NCBI GenBank assembly: GCA_001938485.1
Contig: MQRK01190690.1
Location: 1-64,000 of the forward strand
DNA length: 64,000 bases
Source of the DNA: Girardia tigrina
Lineage: Eukaryota
Reading direction: 5' to 3'
Shown one piece after another: positions 36,750 to 49,745 of the stretch. Numbering within the stretch: the first letter of the stretch is position 1; every line of letters starts with the position of its first letter. The position numbers and the translations under genes are program-made. A model generated the notes under the pieces. It was not told the origin of the DNA. It did no database searches and saw only the letters and a program-made list of their open reading frames with translations.

Positions 36750-37140
36750 TGTTCGAATGGTCTGCAGAAATCTATATGCGCCTTGTTTTGGCGAAGTCTT
36801 GTCGGATCTCGCAGTCATTAGTTTATATTTCGTCAATCTTCTCAAGTTGATTCCTAATTCAATCATATCAGAATAAATTCTAGTATAATCATAAGTCGCT
36901 TAACATCCAACATTGCATGTAAATCTATGAACTTAATGTTTCAGGTGTTCATTTTATATCATTTCATGTGCATAAAAGATTAAGATTAAATAAGATTTAA
37001 TCACGGATCAAGTTGGTCGCTTTTAAGCCTCACCGACTGTGACGGATAACTGTGTCTATCAAAGTAAACTACAATACTCAATACTGATGCACAAGGTAGT
37101 GAGATATAGACTCTGTATTAGGTGGATAGCTGAAAAATAC
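36750..37140 (+). pseudogene. Trypsin-like paralog
   Basis: RNLYAPCFGEVLSDLAVISL; acceptor TTTCAG|G TGT before the Cys, as in the 11828 copy; later DSVLGG*L. Confidence 0.6.
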
Positions 37141-37309
37141 AAGAGTTTCTGATCCTCTCATACGGATTTGAATAAAAGAAATCACTGGTATGTTTCAATT
37201 TGACTCTTAAAAATAATCAATCATGATCCAATGTATGATAGTTTTGTAAGACTTTGGTTTTATAAGTGCATTTAGTGCGATGGGGAAAGGGACAATTTGA
37301 ATATCCAAT

Positions 37310-37919
37310 TATATTATAAAGTCGAAAAGCCACAGTCATGTTTTGGATTACTTTTTCCTCGCTTACTTTTGCACTACCGACAGACACTGGTTCATCAATA
37401 TTTACGATCGAATAGAAAGTATCTATACATCTTTCATCAGAGATGTTTTGTGAATTTACGGTACAATTAACATTTATTCGATGATAAACTATAATTTACC
37501 TCTGCAACTATCTTTTAGTTTTATAACTTTTGTACCAATTCTCTATGGGAAATATTTAAGAACCCCTACCAATCTTTCGCTGAAGCATCCTGTCCAGATG
37601 AATATTATTTATATATCTACTTAATTCTTTCTATTCAGCCAAATCTTTAAAGTAAGAAGGGAAAGTACAGCTTACACTCTTAATATGTGGTTAAAGAATG
37701 TTCGGATATTCATTTCCTTGTTCAAGTCTCTTTCACTTTTTTTTCTGTTATTTTTGTCTCAAATTGTGTACAAGAGACCTTCTGATAAATATCTAAACCA
37801 TTCAACCATATCAACCATGATGCATGAAATACAGAAAACAAACTGAGATGGGAAGTAAAATTTTTACTTTTCTCGCTTCTCGAGAGTAAAATAATTTTAA
37901 GAAGAGTAAAAAAAGTCAT
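37310..37919 (-). pseudogene. Trypsin-like paralog
   Basis: SLFSVFHA..LIWLNGLD and ISDERCIDTFYSIVNIDEPVSVG. Confidence 0.5.
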
Positions 37920-38787
37920 AATATTAATTAAACGAAAAAGATTTTTTCAAACATTTTTGTTTGACTAAAATTTCGATCTGTCTTCGTATATAATCGACAA
38001 ATCTCCTAATCTTCTTTTGACCGTTACACATTCTCCTTTGGACTGATGGTGACAAAGGAGTAATAAAATACAAAGAAAAACTGAGTTTTTATTTTTAATT
38101 AGAATTTATTAACAAACGGCGCGCCATTCTTTAATTAATGTGAATCCTTTCAAGAGGAATCAAACGACAATTTTATGACAAGCAAAGCGGTCTGTGCGGT
38201 AAAAAGTTCGATGTTAGGACGCCAGTTGCAAATGGTTTTTGCTCTTCTTCATCGAGGAATCCTCAAGAAAATTTAATTATTTAAACATATTTTATTATAT
38301 TTAATTTATGTATTCTAATTTGAAATTCTTTATTGAGAATTTTCAATCTTAATGTGGGATTTTCATTTATTCTCTTTTTTTGTTAAAAAGAGTTGTTAGG
38401 TTATACGATAATCTTGTCCATATACATTTAGGGATTTGCAATTATATTTTAATGGTATTCAAAAATTTCAATGTCTTTTGATAACGACTGCTTACCTCAC
38501 AGGATCCCTTTTGAAAACCTCATCAGACACAAGAAATAAATAATTGTATTAAATCGGGAAATATTTCAAGGTATTTTTAAAACCTGTGCTACTTGACCCA
38601 TGGCAGTATGGCTGGTGACTAAACCGGCTCCCTCACCCAGAACAAACTGGGTGAAGAAGGTATGTGGACACCCAACAGGATTAAAAAAACCTAGCAAAGG
38701 GTGGATGAGCTCATCCGAGCCAACATAATGCATATTACATAACGTAATAGTTTTTCAACTATAGGAATAGCAATTAATCCCTTTATT

Positions 38788-38832
38788 TCATTGCACTGAA
38801 GATGCCGAAATGGTGAAACGAGTATGTATTGA
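38788..38832 (+). ncRNA. Orphan minimal hammerhead ribozyme (Penelope pLTR-type)
   Basis: TCATTGCA-CTGAAGA-T-GCC/GGT-GAAA-CGAG-TA-TGTATTGA, followed by a tail resembling the other pLTR tails. Confidence 0.65.
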
Positions 38833-39465
38833 GAATAAATTTAATATTCAAAAATGGCCTTTCTTTTCATTATATATATATATATATATATATGATGGAA
38901 TATTTTATACTTGAAATTTAAATGAAACTTTTTATTTTCAGTAGAGAGAAAAAAATATATTATGATAAAACAAAGTAATTAAAAGTGACTCTTGTTTGAT
39001 GAGAAACTGTGGGAAGGAAAAATTATATTTTTTAAAGAAAATTTATATATATTTTCGTAAAATAATTTTCTGATTATTATTTTGGTACATTTTTATAATA
39101 ACCTTTCATTACTTTTTTGATATTTTATATATTAAAAATTTTCAGCTATTTGAAGAAAAATGAAAAAATACATTAAAGCTTTTAATTCAAAGAAACGAAA
39201 GTCTTTTTATTATTACTGAAAAATATTTTTATGCCAGAGAAAATGAAATATTTTTAGTTGATTTTTACTAATTTTTTAATTAAAATATTTGAGAAATATT
39301 TCAGAAACATTCAAAAAAGAGCGACTTTTTTTATAAAGACACTGAAATTTTCTTCAAATTTTATTCTTTTAAATTTTTAAAAACTTATTTAATTATTAAC
39401 AATAAATTTTTATCATTTTAAACTATTTTTGGTAAATGAAATCCGGATGATAATTTTCTATGAAA

Positions 39466-40135
39466 AACAAAACTAATCCATTTAAAAAAAATATTTTATG
39501 ACAATATATTTCGACGGATCTACCGTCATCTTCAGGTCACTAATTAATAATCAATTCACCTGTATATAAATACAAAATGATGATTATGTAATCAATTGCA
39601 TGAAATCATGCTAATCAATAATTCTCAATAAGCTGGTTGAGACTGCCGATTGAACATTGATTTTAGGGCAACGTGACCTAATTAACACTACTTTACACGA
39701 CACTCTCTCCCAATAACTGTCAAAATGCTTACACAGAATTTTGAAATTATCAAAATTAACATCACATTTACATTTTTTCCTGTGTTCTGCAATATTACTC
39801 TTACTCTCTTTTCGACCATGTTCTTGAATTCGTTTACAGAGATGACGGGCAGTCTCTCCAATGTATGTGGCATCGCACCCATTACATTTATATTCATAAA
39901 CAATATCAGAACAAAGTGTTAAAGGTGTAATAGATTTATTACTGCACATATTTTGAATTTTAAGAGATCGTGATACAATTTTTAAAATTAATTTATTTTT
40001 AGTTGTTTTTTTTATTTTTAAAGTTTTTAAATCCTTCAGAATAAGGTATAATTAGGCAATATTTAGGAATATTATTAATATCTAATGATACTTTGATTTA
40101 TTTTTTAGATCCATCGCTACTAGTCGTTGTCTTCC
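39466..40135 (-). mobile_element. Penelope-like element 3' portion (GIY-YIG + pLTR)
   Basis: IVYEYKCNGCDATYIGETARHLCKRIQEH...YWERVSC..LIRSRCPKINVQ. Confidence 0.92.
39498..39540 (-). ncRNA. Minimal type I hammerhead ribozyme
   Basis: GTGAC-CTGAAGA-T-GACGG/CCGTC-GAAA-TATA-TT-GTCAT. Confidence 0.85.
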
Positions 40136-40264
40136 ACTTTTGTTAAATCTATAGAAAGTATTATTAATAAACTTAAGTTCTTTGTTAAATCAGAATTCTA
40201 AATCTTTTCTGGAAAAAAATATTAAGGGAAACAGTGTATGATAATTCTTTCGAAAAATCAGAGT

Positions 40265-40901
40265 TTGGCTTCTCCTGATGGATCTAAGAAAGAAATCGTA
40301 GGATCATTAGATATGAACAATATGCCTAAATATTGTTTAATTGTACCTTATTATGAAAGATTTAAAAACTTTAAAAATGCATTGTTAAAAACAACTAACA
40401 ATGAATTAAATTTAAAAATTGTATCACGATCTCATAAAATTCAAAATATGTTCAGTTATAAATCGATTACACCTTTAACACTTTGTTCTGATATTTTTTA
40501 TGAATATAAATGTAATGGGTGCGATGCCACATACATTGGAGAGACTGCCCGTCATCTCTGCAAACGAATTCAAGAACATGGTTGAAAAGAGAGTAAGAGT
40601 AATATTTCAGAACATAGGACAAATGTAAATGTAATGTTAATATTGATAATTTCAAAATTCTGTGAGCATTTTGACAGTTATTGGGAGAGAGTGTCGTGTG
40701 AAGCATTGTTAATTAAGTCATGTTGCCTCAATCAGCAGTCTCAACCAGCTTATTGAGAGTCTTTGATTAGCATGATTACATAATAATCATTTTTGTATTT
40801 ATATACAGGTGAATTGATTATTAATTAGTGACCTGAAGATGACGGTTGATCCGTGGAAATATATTGTCTATAAATATATTTTTTAATAGATTAGTTTTGT
40901 T
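40265..40901 (+). mobile_element. Penelope-like element 3' portion, inverted partner of 39466-40135
   Basis: Same GIY-YIG sequence with a stop and frameshifts; colinear inverted similarity. Confidence 0.92.
40828..40870 (+). ncRNA. Hammerhead ribozyme, mutated copy
   Basis: Same core with CCGTG breaking the helix II closing pair. Confidence 0.7.
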
Positions 40902-40954
40902 AAACTATTTTGTTTATATTTTATATATTTTGAAGGTTTTTTATGCTATATATA

Positions 40955-41416
40955 TATATTAAGAACATTAATTGAGTTTCCTTCACATTAATTATTATCA
41001 CAATTTGAATTGCCACTAGAACAATTCTCCGTAAAACTTGCGTAGCTCGTCATCGTTCTTGATTGATAATCTTTAATAATATTCTTTAACGTCTTATTAT
41101 GCAAACAAATTTAAAATACAATTTAATCATTACAAAAATAATTTATACTTTAAATTATAATTTAATTATTACAAAAATTATTTATAATTGAAATTTAAAA
41201 TAATTTTTATTTATTTTAAGAAATTATTATTAAAATATTATTTATAAAATGTTAGTTTAATTTTAAAGTGATTATTTAAGTTTTAATAATTGATTAAACA
41301 ACTCGACACTTTAAAATATTTAAGATATCAATCTTCCATCTGGGTGGGAGAAACACAATCCTAAAACAACATACCAAACAACACACAATAAACACCATTC
41401 AAAAATATTCCTCACA
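40955..41416 (-). repeat. Solo-LTR-like repeat family, copy f (diverged subfamily)
   Basis: TGTGAGGAATATT start, family core, hairpin GAATTGTT-CTAGT-GGCAATTC. Confidence 0.75.
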
Positions 41417-42367
41417 CTGTATATAATTATATTATTTCAAAAAATATAAATATTAAAATTAATATTTATTTCAGAGTAATTTTAAAATTTATTTATATTA
41501 ATATTTGTATTAAGAAACAGAATATTCAATAAATACAATTAAGAAAATAATATTTATTAGAATTATAAATAAAAATTCTTTAAAAAATATAAATAATTAC
41601 CGTCAAACACGATGCGTTAGGTGCCATAATTCTTATTTGATTAATTAATTAATTTAATTATAAAGACAAATAGAATGAATTATTAATTATTTATTTTTCT
41701 TTCATCTTTTTTTTCAATTTTGTTGTTAAATAATTTATATATGAATATATATAAATTCATCTTTGAAGAAAATGTTTTTATTAATTTCTTTGATAATGTT
41801 TTTATTATGATTTCATTAAAAATTTCATTATTTAATTAAACAGAAAAATGATTAAATAATTATTAATAAATATTTTAATCACTTTTTTTCTATTTTCATT
41901 TATAAAAAAGTAAACAAAATAATAAATAAAATTAATTAATTAATGGAAAATAATAATTTTACATTTAAATTATATTATGATGTTAGGTTTATATTAAGAT
42001 TTAAAAAAATATAATTCTTTAAATTATAAAATTTTTATATTTTATTTCTTTTATTATATTTATCATTTTATCATTTATCATTATATTTATCCTTTTTTAT
42101 TTTAAAAATATATTAATGAAATATTTGAGAAAAACATAAAATAAATTTTTAGTACAAATTATTAATTGAATTAATAATTAAATTTCACAATTTTTGCGTG
42201 AAACATTTTTTATTTCTTTCTAATTATCTTTTTTATTTTTTTTCATTTGATTTTTATTTTGAGTTTTTGTATCTGTAATGCTTTGATCCCTTAAAAGAAA
42301 TACGAAATTCAGAATATACATTAATTTATAAAATACAAAAAAATATTTTTGTGCAGAAGAACTTTCT

Positions 42368-42556
42368 TCAGGTCTCATTCAGCATTGGCGATGCCATCGC
42401 GCACTTGTGAGGAGCTGTTATATGCCGCTCTTCGATCCAGGAAGCTTTAGGTTTGAGCGATGTCACTTGTGATATTAACATATTTCCCTGAAAATAAAAA
42501 TTCGATTTGGCTTGATTAGAAATTTCAATGTTGATGATGCTTCGAGGCAGAATCAT
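42368..42556 (-). pseudogene. Trypsin-like fragment
   Basis: IINIEIS...GNMLISQ...MASPML; weak. Confidence 0.3.
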
Positions 42557-42689
42557 GATACATTTGTCAATTTAGAAGAGGTTCAAAGGTTTTGTGTATT
42601 TTGAGTTTCTTCGCAGGAACCAGGCGATCAATTAAGAGAGAACTGTCCGTAAGTAAGGAAATTAGAAGAAATAATCAAAGAAATGATGT

Positions 42690-42850
42690 TCCTCATGATA
42701 AAAAAAGGCCAAGTATTTGGTTCATATGTTTGGTTCAGTTTTTTGGTTCAGTTGTTTGCTATTGAAGACCAGAGAGTATATGAGCACAGAGTCATGAGGG
42801 TGCAAGAAAGATGGCAAAAGTTCTTTGACAATAATGATGGAGAATGTTTA
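42690..42850 (+). mobile_element. Mariner 3' remnant
   Basis: VYEHRVMRVQERWQKFFDNNDG resembles the mariner C-terminus. Confidence 0.6.
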
Positions 42851-43799
42851 TTTTTTTTGTACAAAATTAAGTTTCTTGCACTAAAGAACGAAATTTATGT
42901 CATGTAATAAAATATGGTGTTAAAATCTTCAGACACTCTACACGAAGAAAACGTGTCTACGCAAACATTAAACAATTGGTCTCACAAGTTTTCCTGTGTT
43001 TATAGAAATTATATTTTTATTAGGAATTTTTCTATCGCCTTCATTGCGACTGGATTCTTTTGTCCATTCAGAGATCCCATTATTAAAACTTATTTCAATG
43101 AAAGAGGCGTTTGAGACTGCATAGAAATCCGAGGCTACGTCGAATAACTTAACGAATAACGTCTATAACTTTATTTATTATCTCTTGGTAACGATTTAGG
43201 GAAAGAGCCTATTTGAATATGTTTTCCGCGATGAAATTTTATCAAAATATGTGCGATGTTCTCTCAAGATTCTTTGGCCTAAAATCTGTTGGATGAGATG
43301 TTTTCTATTTGAAAAATGTTTTTCCATGTTGACTCATTTTGACCTTGGGCCTCTCATGAGACTTATTGCCCTGTGCATATTACCCAGTATTTATGTTAAA
43401 TAATACGTCAAAATTATATTTTATTTAATATTATTATTGTTACTCACGTCTATGTCATTGTCGTAGTTTTATAATTCTGAAGTCATATGTATCACAAAAA
43501 TTTATTAATGTCAATAATACGCATATATAAACAAATTTATCGCTAATTTAATCATTTCGACAAATTCCATTTATTACATTTCCTTTCAATTTAATTTGTA
43601 AAATTTAACTTATAATTATAAAATATATTTTTATATTACAATTATAAAATTTCTTTATATAATTTTATCATAAAATTATGAAATTTTAATTTACAACAAG
43701 CATTCTATTTTAAAAAATTATTATTTTAAAATATTATAAATTTTAATTCGATCATAATTTGTTTTAAAATTATTATTAAAACTAGTGTGGTAGTTAATT

Positions 43800-44680
43800 A
43801 TATCCTAATGTAGGACTCCTGAGTTTTGGATGCTATGAAAGCGTTAAAGACTTCTTTGGTGTCGTCTTGGTTTTTGAAGCATTTTTCCTGGAGGAAGTTA
43901 TCCAGATGCTTGAAAAAATGGCAGTCGGCGGGTGAGAGGTCCAATGAGTAGGGTGGATGAGGCAGAGTTTCGTATCCTAATCCGTTGAACTGTCGTAGGG
44001 TCGTTTTTGCGATGCGTGGCCGGGCGTTGTCGTGGAGGAGAATTGGCCCCTCGGAAACAAACGTCGGAACTCGTGATGCATTTTGTCAATTTGTTGGCAG
44101 TCTTTCCTGCTGTGATCGATGAGACCGGCTGCAGACCACTAAACAGTCACCATAAACTTCTTTTGGTGGAGTTTCTGTTTCGGAAAGTGGTGAAAAGCCT
44201 CATCGCGTTCCTAACATTATGCCGAACTTCACCAATTGTCGTAGAGAATCCAGTTCTTATTAAACGTTACAAACCGATCGAGAAACGGATTATTCTTGTT
44301 GCTCAAAAGAAGCGTGGAAGACACCTCAAAACGACGATTATTTTGACTTTTGTTCAATTCAGTGAGGGACCCCTTTATCGAGCCTTGAGGGGTCAACGTT
44401 AAGCTCTACTGTGAGTGCTTGAACAGTTGTGCGAGGATCGGCTTCCATCAGCTCATTCAATTCGTCGTTTTCAATCGTCGATGAGCGGCTGTCATGAGGC
44501 TCAAATTACACGTTGGTAATACCAGAGCGAAACTTTTGATACCAGCGCTGGACCATGCATTCATTGACACATCTCTTGTCCCAAACTTCGTGGATGTTTC
44601 GAGCATTTTGAGCTGCATTACACCCAACTTGAACTCGTAGAAGTAAATATTGAGAAAATCACGTATTGATATCTGTATTT
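43800..44680 (-). mobile_element. Mariner transposase remnant
   Basis: FYEFKLG, RWYQKFRSG, KKFMVTV*WSAAGLI, ILLHDNARPR. Confidence 0.85.
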
Positions 44681-44979
44681 AAAATCAAAATTATTAACAA
44701 GAGAAAAATTATAATAAGTTTTAGACAAAAATATCTGACAGAGTGTTAATTAAGCTTTCGAATGACTCATAACATCATACATGCTTTAATCATATAACAT
44801 TGCGGTAAATACCAAAAAATTCAAAACCTGCATTCCTTTTGCAACAATCTAATAACATACTCCTTTGCTTTATAAAGTTCAGATATTTAATTAACATAAA
44901 TGGATAAGAGAAGAAATATTTTTTCAAATGGTTTAGCAAGTAAAATATTCTAAGGAAACTAATGAAAAGACATTCTTTG

Positions 44980-45445
44980 AAGAGGTAGTTCTGGCTCGTC
45001 CAAAGATAAATAAAAGAAATAAAGATTGGAATCTCTTTTGAAGGATTATTTGTGAAAATGATCAACCAAAGAAGAATGTGGATATATTTCTACAGACGGA
45101 ATTTAAGATTATCTTCAACAAGAAATAATTGAGATTTATTATATATTATATTGGCGATTCTTCAAATGCTTATCTACTTCATAATGTTGGCACTTGTCTA
45201 ATCTATCTGTTTCAGTCACTAGAACTAGGACCTTTACTTCCTTAAGACAACGGTATAATCTTTCTATCGTCATTCTTTTACATGATACACTGACTTTATT
45301 TAAATTATTTTATTTTATTTCAACATTCATTTTAATTAAAAATAAATAATCCCAAACAAATCTGCTTCCTCTGCGGGAAACGCAAACTTCTGTTAACATA
45401 GAATTTTTGCGAGCTCTGTTTACATTCGTTGAGTCGTCCCTTTTT
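44980..45445 (+). pseudogene. Trypsin-like paralog
   Basis: One frame EVVLAR...RIICEND..KNVDIFL...IIFN...VGTCLIY, then KQICF...SLSRPFF. Confidence 0.65.
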
Positions 45446-45734
45446 CTGATATTTAAAGCAAATAAAGTTGAGACTGTTTCTAAATGTTGATTTTTATCTT
45501 TCTTTTTCTAAGCTTTAATTTGATTAAAAATGAGTTAAAGGTATTTAATTTATCCTCTTGTTTCGAGTTTTATATTTATGACTTTAGGAACAATTTCTGG
45601 CTTACTTTAATTTTAGATGAACTTTGAGGATCCTCTTCAGGAATTCTTAACCGTTTTTGATTTTCATTGACTTTTCAATAATTAAATTTAAAATTAGAAT
45701 TAATTTTACCTTTCGTGGATAATAGTAATAAAAA

Positions 45735-45900
45735 TTAAATATCCAATGATTTGTTTCAACCTACATCGCCCGACAAAAGTAACTGTTACACCGATAGAAA
45801 AATGTTTTTCAACATAAAGAGAAATTTTAGGCAGCATTTACTTTGCAATGGGGTTCAATATATGACCAGCCAAAACTAGTGATATGATTAAGAAGTAACA
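45735..45900 (-). pseudogene. Trypsin-like fragment
   Basis: LVLAGHIL...LYVEKHFS, then GDVG after a frameshift. Confidence 0.4.
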
Positions 45901-46062
45901 CTCACACATATACAAAAACACTGTTGCATGTAAAAAAAACCAAGTAAAAAGAGTCAACATAAGATTTTAAAAAAAATTGTAAATAAAAGTTACTAGAAAG
46001 TTACCCGCATTTAATAGTTTACTCGAGTTTGGTACGTCAATATATGTAATGATTTCATGATA

Positions 46063-48608
46063 CAGGATGTCCCAAAGAGTATGCCTTCGCAAATTTTGAT
46101 GTTAAATTGAAGTTTAGGGTCTATATATTGTATATTGACTAATAAAATTTTTTTTAAAAATCTAGCATCATAGAACAAATTACGTAACAAAAGTTTTTCA
46201 AAAGGTTTTGGAAAAACAAGTTAAATAATGACTCAATTTCTAGATTATTCAATTTTAAACAACTTTTTTGAAGTAAACATATGTCCTAAAATGAACAGTA
46301 ACAAAGTTATTAAAAAATTAAAACAATATTTATTAATATAAAAGATTTTCAAAGTGAGATCCTTCTGAAACAATTACAATTCTTAATCGTTGCTCAAAGT
46401 TGTTTACTACTCTTTTTAACATTTCAAGAGTGATCTCTCGAATCCTGGCTTAAATTCGATTTTTTAAATCTTCCAAATTAACCACTGGAGTTCTATAAAT
46501 ACCATCCTTTATAAATCCCCAAAGAAAATAATCACATGGATTCAAATCAGGTGAATAAGGAGGTCAACATATTACTTTACCAGTAAATTTCTCTGAATCC
46601 AATCCAAATAGTCGACCGTCGAAATGTCCTGAAAGATAATCGAATACTTTGCAGGTTCTATGCGGTCTAGCACCATCTTGCATGAAATAAAAGTCGCTTA
46701 TTTTACCCAAACCATACAAATAAGGTACCACTTGTTCTTCAAGAATGTTTAAATAAGCCATTGATTTAATATATTCAGAAAACATAACCAGTCTAATAAT
46801 CGTTTCTGAAGATAACTCACACCAGACTGTTAATCTTTCGGATGCAAGCCTTTAATAATGGAATAATGTGGATTTTCTAATCCACATATTCTACAATTTT
46901 GCTTATTAACGTATCCTTCCATTTGAAAGTGCGCTTCATCTAAAAACAAAATCTTTCCGAAATCAATATCGTTATTTTCTGCCATTGTCAGCATTTGATT
47001 TGCAAATTCCAAACGTCTTTCACCAGAAAGTTGATTCATGGGTTGATTGGTTTGAATCTAGTATGGAAATACGACAATTCTATCTTGATAATTCTTTGTA
47101 CCGACGATTTGCTGATGTCTAGTTGCTTGCTCGCCATTCTAATCGATGTTAAAGGGCTTTGCTTGATCAATTCCTCAACTTTCTTAACATTTTCATCGAC
47201 AATAACCGTATTTCTTTCGTGTATCTTCCTTTACATCCCTTCTTTATCGTCCATTACGCGACCAGTAGTCATAAATTTGTCAAATACTCTAAAATAATGA
47301 TAAAAATAGTTTAATTCATTTAAAATGCCTTTACTAACTTTTTAATTGTCTTTGGATCTATATTGTGGTGATTTCCAAACTTTTTCTTGAATAATTATAA
47401 TTTAACCGCTTCTGATGGTGAATTCGAATCCCGATAAAATAAAACCATAAAACAGCGTTATTCTGTAGAATATCGGTTCATTTTCGCTGAATAAAGATGA
47501 AACCTGAGCACTGTCGAAACTAAAACATACTCTAAATAAACAATGTGAAGGACAAGCTCATTCTTTAAATTTTTGAATAATTAATTTTTGTAAATAATCT
47601 CTAAAATAATAAAAATATTTAAAACAAAAGTTTCTAAAACAGTTATAACTAAATATCCAATTAATTTAAAAAAAGAGTTATTCTCATAAATAATTGAGTT
47701 TTAATTATTTTGCATTTATTTTAAAAGTTATTCCGAAGAATAACTTTACGAAATTTTTGTTGTCAGAGATGTAATAAAAAAAAGATAATTTAGATTTAAA
47801 AAAAGCAGTTAGAAATTCTGCCAATTAAAATTCGATAAATAATTAATAAAATATTATATATATAGAAAAACTGCCATTAAAATTTTATAATTACTGAATC
47901 TCTATTAAATAATAATAAATTTAAATATTGCTAAATATTTTTGTATTTCTAAAATAAAAATAATATTTTGTATTTTAATTTTGAGAATTGTATTTCTAAA
48001 ATAAAAAATAATAGTTTTACATTTTAAATTTGTGAATTGTAAAATAATAAAAATAATAATTTCTAAAATCTCGTTTTAATAAATAGCTTATCATTATTTA
48101 TAACTCCATTTTTTATGTACAAGAAATTTGGTCAAAAAAAAGAAAACGAAAGTTCCTCAAGAAAATTTGTTTAAATAATTGTTATTTGTGTTATTAATAA
48201 ATTTTTGGTGTTAATGAATTGAAATCTCGATCAAGAACCCAACAAACAATATGGATTCTAGGGATCAAAATTTAATTACAAATTGAACGATTTATTGTTT
48301 TAATCGATGAAATTAATTTAAATATCAATAAATCAAAATTTTTAAACCCTTTAATTTATTGAATAACTTTGTTACTGTTCATTTTAGGGCATATGTTTAC
48401 TTCAAGAAAGTTGTTTAAAATTGAATAATTTATAAAATGAGTCATTATTTAACTTGTTTTTCCAAAATCTTTTGAAAAACTTTGTTGCGTAATCTGTTCT
48501 ATGATGCTAGATTTTTAAAAAATTTTTATTAGTCAATATACAATATATAGACCCTAAACTTTAATTTAACATCCAAATTTGCTAAGATATACCCTGTGGG
48601 ACACCCTG
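46063..48608 (-). mobile_element. Tc1/mariner rosa(DD41D)-like element with ~260-bp TIRs and DD47D spacing
   Basis: Long inverted repeats 46063-~46320 and ~48351-48608, TA flanks. Transposase ~47481-46335: FLDEAHF, FMQDGARPH, PPYSPDLNPCDYFLWG; putative 50-nt intron 47289-47338; stops. Confidence 0.93.
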
Positions 48609-48667
48609 TAAATCACAGTGCAATGTAAAATCGCAATTTAAACCACAACTAGTTATCTGATTACTAA

Positions 48668-48943
48668 TCAGTGATTATGAAGCATCGTACAATTAAATGA
48701 GTGGATGACAAGAGTTACTGTGGAGGACCAAGAAAGACAAAACATTTGATGACAGAAGTATTGTGATAGAAGCCTTAAGACGCATATAGCTTGGAAGTCA
48801 TGCATCAAAACAGCGATTGAAAGATTGAATAGGAAAGACCTTTTCGATTCACATATTAAAGAAAAGAGAATTAATTCAATTGATGTAAAATCCTTTGTCT
48901 TTGTAAGTGATGAAAAACCATTGCTTTCATTGTGATTATACAA
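48668..48943 (-). pseudogene. Trypsin-like paralog, open 91-aa frame
   Basis: FLFNLSIAVLM...QMFCLS...FNCTML (DIA.L, PICL, C.V order). Confidence 0.5.
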
Positions 48944-49039
48944 AATGATATGATTATATACTTACTCAACTAATCTTCACTATTCGACGTAAAAACAATA
49001 GTTCAGCTGCATCAATTATATTCTTCATTTATTTTGAAG

Positions 49040-49720
49040 TTGCCCAACATTCTTATTCATATGAAAGAGCACGATAACCATAACATTCTAGAAGTCTTCG
49101 TTTTTCTGTCATTGTGATTTTACTATTTAAAAGAGAGTTTTCGTTTTGAAGTATGTATCTTTAGCCATATAAATCCTTTGTTTGCTCTCTTGAATATATC
49201 TTCCATCCGAAGTTATTAAACTTCCAAAGTAATTGAAACTGGTGACGCGTTTCACTTGTTGACCATTGATATTAATGGTGCAAACAGGAGGTATCTTCTT
49301 TCTGATAACCATGCCCTTTGTATTCTTGTCACTGATAAACAGTCATTTTTGATATCTTTCACAACGATTAATTGAAGCTTCTAAATTGAATAAGCTATGA
49401 AAGCTGTATCATCTGCCCAACGTATGTTGTTAACATTTACTGCACCAATTGTCAATCTAGTGAAAACACATATCCTTGCCAAACTATTTTCTTTATTTGC
49501 ACAAAACTCTTCAATGTGCCTTCATCTCAAACTGCAGCTTTCTGATTCCAGTAAAGATTTTTCACTATTTTCACATCCTGACAATTTTGATCAAGAATTT
49601 ATAGACTTTAATTAGTTCTTCATGCTTTACGCAATTAAACGCTTTTGCGTAATCAATAAAGCAGACATATGCGTCTCTTTTCCTTTTCTATAGGTTTTTC
49701 ATTGAGTCTTCTAAACATGT
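49040..49720 (-). mobile_element. RTE-clade reverse transcriptase remnant
   Basis: NVNNIRWADDTAFIA, VKRVTSFNYFGSLITSDG...KQRIYMAK. Confidence 0.85.
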
Positions 49721-49745
49721 TAAATCATTTCAAGTGTCATAATCT

